This document shows, one piece after another, positions 37,700 through 50,199 of a stretch of DNA of 64,000 bases. Within the stretch, counting starts at the first letter, position 1. Each line of letters starts with the position of its first letter. Both the position numbers and the translations under genes were made by a program. The stretch covers positions 2,944,306-3,008,305 of the forward strand of contig NC_057718.1 in assembly GCF_004010195.1 (NCBI RefSeq), written 5' to 3'. The stretch is from Chiloscyllium plagiosum. Lineage: Eukaryota. A model generated the notes under the pieces. The model was given only the letters and a program-made list of their open reading frames with translations, did not search any database and was not told where the DNA came from.

Positions 37700-39180
37700 T
37701 ATAAAACCATAAGATATAGGAGCAGAATTAGGCCATTCAGCCCATCAAGTCTGTTCTACCTTTCGATTGTGATTGCTATGTTTCTAAACCCCATTTTTTT
37801 CCCCTGTAATCTTTGATTCAACAGCCTGTCTATCTCTATCTTAAATACATTTAGTGACTTAGCCTCCATAGCCTTCTGCAACAATAAGTTCCATCGATTC
37901 ACCACCCTCTGGGTGAAAAAATTACTCTTCATCTCAGTTCTAAAAAGTCGTCTTTTCACTCTGAAGCTGTGCCCTTAGGTCTTACTCTCCCCTAGTGGAG
38001 GAAACATATTCTCCACGTCCACTCTCCCAGGCCTCTCTGCATTCTGTAAATTTTAATCAGATCCTTCCTCATCCTTCTAAACTCCATCGAGTACACACTC
38101 AGAATCTTCAACTGCTTCTCATATGAGAATCCTTTCATCCCCAGGATCATCCCCAGCAAACCTCCTCTGGAGCACCTCCCAGGCCAGAACATCCTTCCTT
38201 TGAAATGGCATCCAACACTGCTTACAATATTCCACATGTGGTTTGACCGGAGCCTTATATAACCTGAACAGTACATTTCTGTTCTTGTATTCTAGCTCTC
38301 TTGAAATGGGAGCTCACATTGCATTTGCCTTCCTTGCTGCCAACTGTTCAGAGAATTCTTAACTAGGCCTCCCATATTCCTTTGTCCTTTGGATTTCCAA
38401 AGTTTTTTTCCCGATTTACAAATATTCCTCCTCCCAAAATGCTTAATCTCACTCTTTCATAAATTATATTCCATTTTACATGTCTTTTCCCATTCTTCCA
38501 GCCTGTCCAAGTCATTCTACAGCCTCCTGCCTCCTTAACACTACCTGTCCTTCCACGTATTTTTGTGTTATTTGCAAGCTGAACAACAATCCCCTTAGGT
38601 CCTTTGTCCAGATTGTTAATATATAACTTGAATAGCGAGCAGGTCAGGCAGCATCCAAGGAGCAGGAGAATCGACGTTTTGGGCATGTGCCCTTCTTCAG
38701 GAATCTTCAGATTCCTGAAGAAGGGCTCATGCCCGAAACGTCGATTCCCCTGCTTCTTGGATGCTGCCTGACCGGCTGCGCTTTTCCAGCAACACATTTT
38801 CAGCTCTGATCGCCAGCATCTGCAGTCCTCACTTTCTCATATAACTTGAATAATTGTGGTTCCAACACTGACCCCTGTGGAACTCCACTAGTCCCTGACT
38901 ACCATGCTGAAAAAGTCCTCTTTGTTCCCATTCTCTGCCTTCTGCCAGTCGGTGAATCCTCTATCCAACCCTGAACACTGTGGGTTCTTACTCTATTCAG
39001 CAGCCTCCTTTATGCCATCTTGTCAAAGGCCTTCTGGAAATCCAAATAAATCATGTCCACAGGGTCTCCATTGTCCAACTTGCTCACTACCTCCCCAAAC
39101 AATTCGAACAGATTTGTCAGGCATGACCTCCCCCTTGGTGAAGCTGTGCTGACTCTGTCCTATTTTACTGTGCACTCCCA
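37700..39180 (-). mobile_element. CR1 RT/3' end with nested fold-back mini-Penelope 38635-38838
   Basis: FFTQRVVNRWNLL, YSMEFRRMRKDLI; TSD atataacttgaata at 38621 and 38839. Confidence 0.85.
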
Positions 39181-39243
39181 TGATTCCATGGGAAAAAGAA
39201 ACATAGTGCCATGAAGAAAGCTGTATCAACAAAAATCAATCAC

Positions 39244-39519
39244 CTTTTTATTGGGATGATGGTTAATCTGACTGTAATTTGCATAGATTTCTTCATCAGT
39301 ATCGCATTTCATGACTTCCTGTTGCTGTTTTTCAACTTCTCTGTCACGCCTGCATTTTCCTGGAACTGCTTCAGTCCTCTGCATTCGGCTATTGCTGCCA
39401 CATTTTGCCTCAAAGCTGTAGTATGTTGGGTTTGGGTTTGAAATGACTGTGATTCCATCATTTGGGGAGTTACAGGCAACTTGTTGGGTTGTTCTTGATT
39501 TCTTAGGCTTCTCGAGAAC
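39244..39519 (-). CDS. Exon 5: cytoplasmic with Tyr motifs (gene C)
   Basis: Acceptor cgtttttttgaag, donor AAG|gtgatt, phase 0-0, 92 codons VLEKPKKS...PTYYSF...EEIYANYSQINHHPNKK. A unique island between CR1 fragments; read-through would stop at 39226. Confidence 0.72.
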
Positions 39520-39619
39520 CTTCAAAAAAACGAAATCAGGAAGGTTACTTTGAGTAGCATAATACTTGATACTTTAATCTCCCTCTCATTGAATCTCAGG
39601 TGTTGGACTTGCAGAAGAC

Positions 39620-41010
39620 ATTCAAGAAGGTACCTCACAAAAGGTTAAGTTATAAGATAAGAGTTCACCACATTGGAAGTAGTACAATGGCGTGTATAGA
39701 GAATTGGCAAACAGGCATTGAATGGTGAGCGAATATAAAGGGGAGATCTGTGCCCATTGATTTCCACAGGGGTCAGTGCTGGGGGACTGTAATTGTTTAC
39801 AATCTGTATTAGTGTCTGGGAGGAAGGAAGCAAATGTACTGTAGCCAAATTTGCAGACGACACTAAAACATTTGGGAAGGTAGATCATGAGAAGGACACA
39901 AATAGTTTGCAGAGAGGAACAGAAGTTTGAACAAATGCTTCACCAAGTTTAAGATTAATTTCTTCCCTGCCATTATTACTCAGCTGAATGGAACCTTTAA
40001 CTTCAAATAATGTTGATCTTGTTTTGTGCACCTCATGTGCAGCCGTAACCTTGTATGTCTCGCTCTGCCTAAGCACCCTATGACTTGAATGCCCTTGTTT
40101 GGTATGATATACTTGGACTGCTCGCAAAACAAAGCTTATTTTACTGTATTTATGTACATGAGGCTAAAATAAATCAAATAAAATAAAGGTTAATAAATTG
40201 GGCCTTCAGTGTGATTTGGACAAGCTAAGAAAATGGGCAAATACATGACAGACACAGTTTAAATGTAGATCCAAGTGAGGTCGTCTCCTTTGGTAGCAAA
40301 AACAGGAAGACAGATTATTATTAGAATGGTGGCAGATTGGGAAAGAGGAAGGTGCAATGTGACCTGAGGGTCCTGGTGAACCAGACACTGAAAGAAAGCA
40401 TGTAGGAGCAGCAGGCGGTGAAGAAGGTAACTGGGATGTTGAGAGGATTTGAATACAGGAACAGGGGTGTTTTGCTGCAATTGTACAGAGCCCTGGTAAG
40501 ACCAGACCTGGAATACTGAGTGCAGTTTTGGTGTCCTTATCTGAAGAAGGATGTTGTGGCTAAGGATGGAGTGCAGGAAAGGTTTACCAGACTGATTCCT
40601 GGAGTGACAGTTCTGATGTAGAAGGAGCTACTGAATCGGTTAGGATTATATTCACTGGAGTTCAGAAGAATGATGGGGTAATCTCATAGAAATCTATAAA
40701 ATCCCCAGGACTACACATGAAGGATGTTCCTGATGACAGAATCTAGAACCAGGGGTCATAGTTTAAGAATCAACAGTGGGCCATTTAGGACAGAGAGGAA
40801 GAGAAATGTCTTCATTCAGAGATTGGAGAGCCTATGGAATTCTCTGCCACAAAAAATGATTCAGGCCAAAGCATTGTATATTTTCAAAAAGAAGTTAGAT
40901 ATAGTTCTTAGGGCTAAAGGGACCAAAGGGTATGGGGAGAAAATGGGATCGGGGACTGAGTCGGATGATCAGCCATGGTTATACTGAATGGCCTACCCCT
41001 ACTACTAACT
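39620..41010 (+). mobile_element. CR1 RT/3' fragments with a Rex/Babar 3' fragment (~39940-40185)
   Basis: AKFADDTK, RTRGHSLRI, LWNSLPQ motifs. Confidence 0.75.
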
Positions 41011-42004
41011 TCAAGGTTTCTATATCAGGCAAGTTTCACAGGGCAGGGTCTGTATGAGTGCTGGGGCTTCAGTCAAGGAAATGAGCTTGGAAGGAGAGCC
41101 ACTTCTGGAGCAGCTGACTCCTTATTGAGGGAAGGTTTTGTTTTGAAACTTGTCCTTTTTGGTGATGGGCTGCAGTAGCCCCTCTGAGAGATTTCATGCT
41201 TCCTGCTTTACTCAACCCCAATCAATTTCCCTGAAGCTGTCTCTTCTTCGTGGTACACAAGACCAAAGGCCCTTTCCCACAGGGTGGGGGGGAGGGGGGA
41301 GGGGGGGTGTTCCTGTGAATTAGTTCTTGTGAACTTGAGATAGCATTGGGCATTGTTTTATTTTAGGGAGATCAATAAAAACACAGCACAAGTCTTTTCA
41401 GCCAGGCATTTTGCGAATGCCACACTTTTTGATGGTAGGCAATACTCCCCATCCCGTGCCCTGGGTCACGTTGTGGTTGTATTTTGGATAATGTTTGGAG
41501 TAGCTGCTGCTCAGTTGTCTGAAAGGAAGGAGTTCTCAGCTCAGCTCTCAGGAAAAATCTTTCATTGTGAAACTTGATTGTTCTCTTGGAGAGTGACTGG
41601 AGGAGTTCTCAATACCTGTACTGCCTTTCCTCAGCAAGCTGGGAGTTACAAAGATCCCATAAATAATTGCCTCGATTTGGAGACAGCCACCCACACAAAC
41701 CAAAAGGCCAGAGCACTTTAGAGGGGGAAGGTGATGGCCTTGTGTTATATCACTAGACCATTAATTCAAAAACCAAGTAATGTTCTGGGGACCTGAGTTC
41801 AAATCCTCTTCATGACAGCTGGGGGTGTTTGGATTCAATACAAATCAGAAATGAAATGATTTTTGGGGGAAGCCTATATGGTTCACTTAAGTCCTTTAGA
41901 GAAGGAAACTGCTAACTTTCCCTGGCCTGACATTCATTTGACTCCAGATGCACAGCTAATGTTACTCCCTGGACATTCAGGATTGTCAGCCTTGTCAGCA
42001 ATTA

Positions 42005-42226
42005 GGAGATAGTGAGAACTGCAGATGCAAGAGAGTCAACGTGGATAAAGAGTGGAGCTGGAGAAAACACAGCAGGTCAGACAGAATCAGAAGAGGAGGG
42101 GAGTTAATTTTCAGGTTGTAACCCTGCAACAGGACTGATGAAAGGTTACAACTGGAAACATCCACTCCACTCTTCTTCTGATGCTGTCTGACCTGATGTG
42201 CTTTTTATCAGCTCAACTCTTTATCA
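42005..42226. mobile_element. Older fold-back mini-Penelope
   Basis: Degenerate inverted arms; TSD tcagcc[t/g]tgtcagcaat; a similar decayed element lies at ~42627-42850. Confidence 0.65.
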
Positions 42227-43014
42227 GCCGTGTCAGCAATGCCCACATTCCATGGATAGATTTTTAAAAATTCCACACCCTCAACAATGAGCCATATTAG
42301 CCAGAAATGTTTGTTTTTTTTCTCAAGTGAACCTCTTCAGAGAGAGAGAGATGTTTATTTTGCTTTCCTTTCTTGGTGTGAATGGCTGTGTGTTTTGGGG
42401 CATTTACAGAGCTATATACACACATATATATTCCAGTATATAATGTCAGTCCTTCTGTAGGTGGCATTGTGATTTTAACACAATTAAAATAGTCTATATA
42501 CTGCTTGGAACTCTGTGTTGTGGACAGGTCTCCTGGTTTATCATCAGAGATTATCTTCCCAACATTGTAAAACAAAGGCTACATGATGTTTGAATGTTTA
42601 AAATACTCCCCAACTCTGCTTATTCGATCAAAAACAGACACTGTTGGATAACCTCACAGGTGTGGCAGCATCTGTGGGAAGAAAGCAGAGTGAACATTTT
42701 GGGTCCAGTGAGCCTTTATGAGGGCAGTTTATCAGCTCTGATAAAGGGTCATTGGACCTGAAATATTAACTCTGTTCGTCTTTCCACAGCTGCTACCAGG
42801 TATGTGAGTTCCTCCAACAGTTTCTGGTTTTGTTTCAGATTTAAAGCAATCACATTTCTTGGTTTGATTACACACCTGCTCCATCCCACTTGATATCCCC
42901 AAGTCAGAAGTCATCCCACTTTTAGGTAAAAGTGCTAGAGCTCCATCGGGTGCATTTCCTGCTGCTGTCCATTTTCTCAGTGGCCTACACAGTGTGATGT
43001 TGTAGTTCAACACA

Positions 43015-43677
43015 CCTCCAAACAGACCCCACCACCAAGGATATATTTCCCTCCCCTCCCCTATCAGCGTTCCGAAAAGACCACTCCCTCCCTGACTCCC
43101 TCGTCAGGTCCACACCCCCCACCAACCTAACCTCCACTCCCTGCACCTTCCCCTGCAATCGCAAGAAATGCAAAACCTGCACCCACACCTCCCCCCCTCA
43201 CTTCCCTCCAAGGCCCCATGGAATCCTTCCATATCCATCACAAATTCACCTGCACCTCCACTCACATCATTTACTGCATCCGCTGCACCCGATGTGGCCT
43301 CCTCTACATTGGGGAGACAGGCCACCTACTTGCAGAACATTTCAGAGAACACCTCTGGGACACCCGTACNNNNNNNNNNNNNNNNNNNNNNNNNNNNNNN
43401 NNNNNNNNNNNNNNNNNNNNNNNNNNNNNNNNNNNNNNNNNNNNNNNNNNNNNNNNNNNNNNNNNNNNNNNNNNNNNNNNNNNNNNNNNNNNNNNNNNNN
43501 NNNNNNNNNNNNNNNNNNNNNNNNNNNNNNNNNNNNNNNNNNNNNNNNTTCCTGAAGAAGGGCTTATGCCCGAAACGTCGATTCTCCTGCTCCTTGGATG
43601 CTGCCTGACCTGCTGCGCTTTTCCAGCAACACATTTTTCAGCTCTGATCTCCAGCATCTGAAGTCCTCACTTTCTCC
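43015..43677 (+). mobile_element. Penelope-like family 2 (GIY-YIG) spanning an assembly gap
   Basis: IIYCIRCTRCGLLYIGETG; 12-bp TSD tagttcaacaca at 43003 and 43678. Confidence 0.9.
43370..43548. other. Assembly gap
   Basis: N run. Confidence 1.
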
Positions 43678-43968
43678 TAGTTCAACACAACACTGCAACA
43701 TGACAGTGAATGTATACCCACGGATCAAATACTGCTTCTTTCAGAGTCATATAACAGTGTCTGCCTCCATTATGGGGAGACAATCAGTTCAAAACAGTAT
43801 GAGGAACACCACACTTCAATCACGGGGCAAGACAAGAAAAAAGGCCTCCAGAAATGTCCACAGATGGCACACGGAGTGACGAACACCATGAGCATTGCTT
43901 TGCTGCCCCATCTGAAACATCGAGCTGAATGAGCTGCAAAACACCTGGCACAAAACAACCCAACCAAC

Positions 43969-44042
43969 CTGTGTGTTTCCAGAAAGAGGGGTGGGTTCAC
44001 AATCCAGGGTTGGCAAAGTATCAACTGAACGAGTAGCTGAGG
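43969..44042 (-). CDS. Exon 4: cytoplasmic (gene C)
   Basis: Acceptor ttttttctcttacag, donor CAG|gttggt, phase 1-0: (S)SATRSVDTLPTLDCEPTPLSGNTQ, open in the required frame. Confidence 0.75.
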
Positions 44043-44119
44043 CTGTAAGAGAAAAAAAGGTCACCAAGACTGAGGATAGACAAAAGGACAGAAACATCAA
44101 GCTCTGTTGCACTCAAATA

Positions 44120-45900
44120 GTCATAGAGACATGCAGCACAGAAACACACCCTTCAGTCCAAGCAGTCCATGCCCATCTTAATCCCAAATTAAACTAGTTC
44201 GACTTGATCCATATCTCTCCAAAAATTTCTCATTCATGTACTTATCTAAATGTCTTTTAATTGATGTAACTGTACCCACATTCACCTCTTCCTCTGTAAA
44301 TTAATTCTACATTGGTGCAGGGGAACAAGATTCATATCTTTGGATCACTGGAATCTCTTCTGGGTAGAAGTGACCTGTATAAGAAGATTAGATTGCACCT
44401 AAATTGGAAGGGGACTAATATACTGGCAGGGAGATTTGCTAATGCATTTAAACTTGTAAGGGGGTAGGGTGGGACCTCAGGAGATAATGAGAAAAGAGAT
44501 CAGTCTGAGACTAGTATAGTTGGGAAAAGGAATGAGTCAAACGGTCAGGACAGGCAGGAACAAAGCAGAGACCAAGGTAGGACTGATAAATTAAACTGCA
44601 AGAGGCCGAACAAGTAAAGTAGATGAACTCAGGGCATGGTTGGAAACATGGGACTGGGATATTACAGCAATTACAGCGATGTGGCTCAAGGTTGGACAGG
44701 ACAGGCTGCTTAATGTTCCAGGGTTTAGATCTTACTGGAAGGATAGGAAGGGGGCAAGAGAAGAGAAGCAGTGACATTTTTGATTAGGGATAACATTACA
44801 GCTGCATGTAGAGAGGACATTCCTGGGAAGTTATTTGAGTGGAACAGAGAAACAAGAAAGGGATGATTAACTTATTAGAATTATAATATAGAGTCAGCAT
44901 GGAATTGAGAATCACATTTGTACAGAGATCACAGTTATCTGCAAGAATAATAGTGTGGTTATGGTAGGGGATTTTAAACATAGACTGGACTGCCAATGTG
45001 TTAAGGGTTTGGATGGAGAGCAATTTGTTAAGTAAACGCAAAAATAAAAATTCTGATTCAGTATGTGGGTGTACCTACTAGACAAGGCAAAAAAATTGAC
45101 CTGCTCTTGGGAAATAAGGCAGAGTAGGTGACTGAGGTGTCAGTGGGAGAACACTTTGAGACTAGCAACCGTAATTCTATTTGTTTTAAAATAATATTGG
45201 AAAAGGATTGACTGGATCTAAAAGTTAAATTGGAGGCATACCAATCTTGACAGTATTAAGCCAGAAGTTTCAAAAGTTGATTCGGGCAGTATTCGCAGGT
45301 AAAGGGATGGCTGGAAAATGTACAGCTTTCAAAAATGAAATGATGGGAGTCCAGAGACAGTATGTTCCTGCTGAAGGGCAAAGCTGGGAAGTCTAGGGAA
45401 TGCTGAGTGACTCAAGAAATTGACATTTTCGTTAAGAATAAGAAGGAAGCATATGTCAGGAATAAACAACAGTGATTGAGTGAATATCTAAAAGAGAATA
45501 AAGGCAGTCGAGTATTCTTAAGAGTGAAGTCAGGAGGGCAAAAAGGAGACATGAGATAGTTTCGGAAAATACAATTAAGGAGAATCTAAAGGGATTCCAC
45601 AAATACATCAAAGACAAAAGGGTGACCAGAGAGAGAATTTCTTAAACTGCTGCCATCCCTGAACTGTAAGTTGACCCACAATGCCCTTCGGGAAGGAATT
45701 CTAGGATTTATTTCCATGTTGGGTTGGTGAGTGGCTTGGACGGGAACTTATAGCAGGTGGTATTTCAATATGTTTACTGCCCTCGTCCTTCTAGATGGAA
45801 GTGGCCTTGTGTTTGGAATGTGCCATCTGAAGGTCTTTGTTGAATTTCTTAAAGATAATACTCACTGCTGTGACTGAGGGTCAGTGGTGGAGGGACTGAA
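44120..45900. mobile_element. Decayed CR1 (tail on -, ORF1-end/APE on +) and SINE fragments
   Basis: Similarity to 18150-19520. Confidence 0.7.
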
Positions 45901-46194
45901 TGTTAAAGTGCTGCAGATACGGGAATTCTAAAATAAAATCAGAAATGCAATTGGACTTTCAGACATGAGACAGCATTAGCCCTTTCCTTTGGTTGTGTAC
46001 TTCTGTGAACAACTCTCCATCTCTAAAATCTTGCATTTTTGATGAAAAAAGCAACTTGATCTCTCTTTCTTTCTTCACAGAGGCTGCCTCTGATGCTTCC
46101 AACATTTCTCTTCCCCGCCTCTTCCTCCACCTTCAATAATGAGACAAACTTCTCCCCAAGTGGCCTTTTCAGTGAAAGATTGATTTCCACCTAC

Positions 46195-46329
46195 AGGATG
46201 ACAGTTTCTGACACCGAGTGCGTCTGATACAGAAGAGAACAGCGGCTCCAGCGATGACAATAGCTCCCAGTACAGCCCCCACAGTGATCCAGACAATCCA
46301 CAGCTCTCTGTTCATTCCCACTGCAGGAG
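46195..46329 (-). CDS. Exon 3: transmembrane exon (gene C)
   Basis: Acceptor tgtttctctgtttgcag, donor T|gtaggt, phase 1-1: (T)PAVGMNRELWIVWITVGAVLGAIVIAGAAVLFCIRRTRCQKLSS. Uncharged hydrophobic stretch with GxxxG, followed by a basic RRTR stop-transfer. Confidence 0.88.
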
Positions 46330-48159
46330 CTGCAAACAGAGAAACAGATCAACCACAGGAAAAAGAATGAACCCAATCCTGACCTTTTCTTTATTGACTT
46401 CTGGGATGTCTGACTTTATGCTCGAAGGAAGATAAATCAGTTGAAGATAGTTGGCCCTCGGACACTACCCTGAGGAACTCACACAGAGGTCTCCTGGACC
46501 CAAGATGACTGCCTCCAACAATTACAACCAACTCTCTTTCGGCTCTATAGGTGAGGATGGGGTGATCAATGTCTACCTTCTAACTCCCTTCTCGATCATT
46601 CACATCAATGGAGGGATAAGGTGGGAGGGTCTGGGTTTGGGTGGGATGTTCTTCAGAGGGCCAGTGCAGACCCAAAGGGCTGAATGGCCTGTTTCCACAC
46701 TGTCTGAATCACTTTACAAGATTTTCTTGATGGTTAAAAGAGTGTTGACGTTTGTAATCTACTGATCTGAAAGATACCATCAAAATGTATATCATCAAAA
46801 TTCACACAAGTAAAGAAATAAACTTGGAAAGAAATGGGGAGGTGCATCTGTACTGAAAGGAAGTTAGTAAATGCAGTTAAAATTTGACAGTCCCTATTCC
46901 CCACAATCCTAACATCTCCCATCACGAAGATGCATCCTGAGCAATCTGTTCCCTTTTTCTCTGTTGAAGATTCCATTAAATCATCAATATGAAATCACAA
47001 AGATTTTGACAAAAGATGCTCACATTCCCTGTGAAATAACTCTACAGAGGTGATATCCTGTCAACAAGTCACCCTTTATTTACATGTCTATCATATTTGA
47101 CACTGATCCAGCTCCCTTAGAGCCAGCTTGCAGAGTGAACACAACCCCGGCACTCCTGTTTCTATCTGCCAGCATGAACTCCCTGGTTGGACCAGATTAA
47201 CAGTCCCAATCAGAGAATTCTGAGGTCCACCTGGCTGACTCTGTTCCAGTCATATACCTTCTCTTTCTTTTCACCCTAATCTGCATTTAAAACCTACAGG
47301 GCAAGCATTTATTGCCCTTCCCCAATTACCCAGAGGGCAGTTGAAAGTAATCCACATTGCTGTGAGTCTGGAGTCATATGTAGGCCAGATCAGGTGAGGA
47401 CAGCAATGGTGGAGCAAACTCGATAGGCCAAATGGCCTAATTCTGCTCATATATCTTATGGTCGATAATCTTCCTTCCCAAAGGGACATAAATGAACCAG
47501 ATGGGTTCTTTCTGACAGTAAACAACAGTTTTATTGTCATCATTCAATTCTCAATTTGAGATTTTTATTGAGTTCAAATGCCAGCATCTTCTGTGGTGGG
47601 ATTCATACCCATGTCCCCAGGACATTGCCAATATCTCTGGATTAATAAACTAACCATATACCTCTTGGAAAACATCTCCACCAATTGTTTGTTTCAGCCT
47701 TGCTCTAGTCTTTCTGTGCTGCTTTTTTCTCTATTGAGGTGTATATTTTGCTCCCAGCTGAACCCTTGGTCAATGCAGCTTGAAAGGAGCTGAACTCTGA
47801 GCAGACCCATTCCAAGTCCAGTCTCTGAGTAAACCTTCACCAGTGGTCCCTCTATACTCGATCTCATAAGGACTTTTATCAGCACATTGGCATTTCCTTT
47901 GCTCCTAAGGTGGAAAATCTTCCATTTCCCCACGAGGGACAGATGTAAGCACCCAGTGTCTTGGAAAACACTAATTTCTCTCTGCAGGTGCTCCAGCAGC
48001 CAATGGTCAGCCTTCCTTTTGATGCTGGCCCCTGGCAGTTATTCTGGTCGACAGTCATGTCTGAGCAAGCAGTGACGCCTCCCTTAATGTGACAGACACT
48101 CGTCGGAAATGGCAATGTACATATGCGGTTAGGAAGATCATATAGTCATGCAGCATAGA

Positions 48160-48755
48160 ATATAAAAGCAGGATGTACTTCTGAGGCTCTATAGGGCTCT
48201 GGTCAGACCACATTTGGAATATTGTGTGCAGTTTTGGGCCCCATATCTAAGGAAGGAAGTACAGGCCTTGGAGCGTGTTCAGAGAAGATTCACAAAAATA
48301 TTCCAGGAATCAAAAGCTTAACATAACTTTTGAGTACTCTGGGTTTATACTCAATGAAGTTTAGAAGGATGAGGTGGGATCTAATTGAAACGTACAGAAT
48401 ACCGAATGGCATGGACAGAGTAGATGTGGGAACATGTTTCCATTGGTCAGAGAGATTAGGATCTGAGGGCACAGTCTTAGAGTAAAGGGAACTCCTTTTA
48501 GAATGGAGGTAAGGAGAAATGTTTGCAGCCACAGAGTGGTGAATCGATGGAATTCATTGCCATAGAAAGCTGTGGAGGCCAGGTCATTGAGTATATTTAA
48601 GACAGAGATAGATAAGTTCTTCATTTTCAAGGGAATCAAGCGTTACGGGAAGAAAGCAGAAGAATGGGATTGAGAAACTTATCGGCCACAATTGAATGTA
48701 GAGAAGACTCAATGGCCTAATTTCTGCTCCTATGTCTTATGATCTTCTGGTCTTA
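48160..48755 (+). mobile_element. CR1 3' end
   Basis: Reverse-complement homolog of 503-1110. Confidence 0.8.
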
Positions 48756-49773
48756 AAAAGGCCCTTTGGTCCACCATCTCCATGCTGATCAATAAACACT
48801 AAACTACACTAATCCCATTTACCTGTGCCTGGTCCATCACTGACTGTACCCTGACATTTGAAGTGCCCATCCAGAAGTTTCTTCAATGTGGTGAGAGTAT
48901 GTGCCTCTATACCTCTCCCCCCCACCCCACCGCTCTTAGGCAGAACCTTCCATATTTCTATCATCCACTTTGGGGAAAAAAAAATCCTTAGATCTCCTCT
49001 AAGCCACTTACTCCTCCCCTTAAACTTATACCTCCTTCAACATGTGTATTGTGAGGAAAAGATTCTCATAGTCTTCGCTGTCTATGTTACTACAACCTCA
49101 GGTGTAGGTGGGACTTGAATGCTGGCCTCCTGTCTCAGAGGCCGCAACACTACAACTGCACCACAATGGCCTTTTTATGTTAGTGTCACACCAAATTTAT
49201 TCCCATTAAAACCACATGTCAAATGCTTGATTGTCTTGTTATACAACTTATTCCTCAAAATAATAGCATCCCCAGAGTGTGGAAAGAGGCCATTCGTCCC
49301 AAGGCACCATGGCTCAGTGCTTAGCAATCCTGCTGAACCATTGTGCCATCTCTCACCAGCCACTCCTTCCCATTTCCCTGGAGGAAACCTTTCCCTTCTT
49401 CTCTATCCCTCACAAATAAGTGGCTGTGCCTCCATGAAGCCTCCACATCCAAGTGGAAGGTCTTGCTATGTTTTATACAACACAACGGTTCACCTTTCTT
49501 TGTCGAAGAGCAGTCTTCAGCCAAACTGTGAATTGTATTCCCACCCACCAAGGTTGGAGAGAGCTTGAGCATTTCTGCAGCAGGTGCAATTCTGCTCTTC
49601 TGACAAACCCCCAGAGTGTGAGGAGGCTACTTGTAGGGGTTTCCATCTCCCCCTCCTGTTACCTTCCCCCAGCCCCACCAAACCCACACCAAACCCTTCC
49701 CTTGCTGATTGGTCTGGTGCTTGTGATAGTGCTGTCCCTGTGAGCCTGCGAGTGGGATCGAATATTTACTTAC

Positions 49774-50109
49774 TGGTTACATTCAGCTGGGTTCCTGCCC
49801 CGTAGATCGATCCCTGCACACTACAAACATAGACAGCATTGTCATTGAGTTGTACATTTGTGATGTTCAGGATGTAGCTGTTATTGGAGACATCCCTGAA
49901 AGGTTGGAAGCGTGCTGTCACTCCTGGGTTACGGTGGACATTGTCGTGTGAATCAGATGTTAGCAGCTCCTGTCTTTTGGATCCTTGCTTGAACCAAGTA
50001 ACAATGAGTTTGCTGACATTGGCATTCTCCATGCTACACTGGAATCTGACAGAGCTACCCTGTATCACACTGTGTACTGCTGGAGACTGGAGCAGAACTG
50101 GTCTCTTTG
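49774..50109 (-). CDS. Exon 2: Ig V-set domain with germline-joined J-like motif (gene C)
   Basis: Acceptor tttctttcccctaacag, donor A|gtaagt, phase 1-1, 336 nt open: (A)KRPVLLQSPAVHSVIQGSSVRFQCSMENANVSKLIVTWFKQ...RFQPFRDVSNNSYILNITNVQLNDNAVYVCSVQGSIYGAGTQLNVT. Canonical Cys, Trp, D-x-A-x-Y-x-C and (F/Y)GxGT motifs; no RSS seen at the exon end. Confidence 0.95.
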
Positions 50110-50199
50110 CTGTTAGGGGAAAGAAATCTCATTTAGACATCATCAATCTTTTGTGGATGGAAGAGCAAGAACTAAAAAAAGAGCAAATAACCATGAATT

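Noticed and set aside
42874-42984. Additional cytoplasmic exon of gene C ending CAG|gtgtgt
   Set aside because: There is a stop codon in the required phase 0 and no pyrimidine tract.
42988-43015. CACAGTG + 12 bp + tcaacacac as a recombination signal sequence (also CACAGTG near 17434 and within the V exon)
   Set aside because: The nonamer match is poor and none lies at the 3' end of a V segment; there is no evidence for V(D)J rearrangement.
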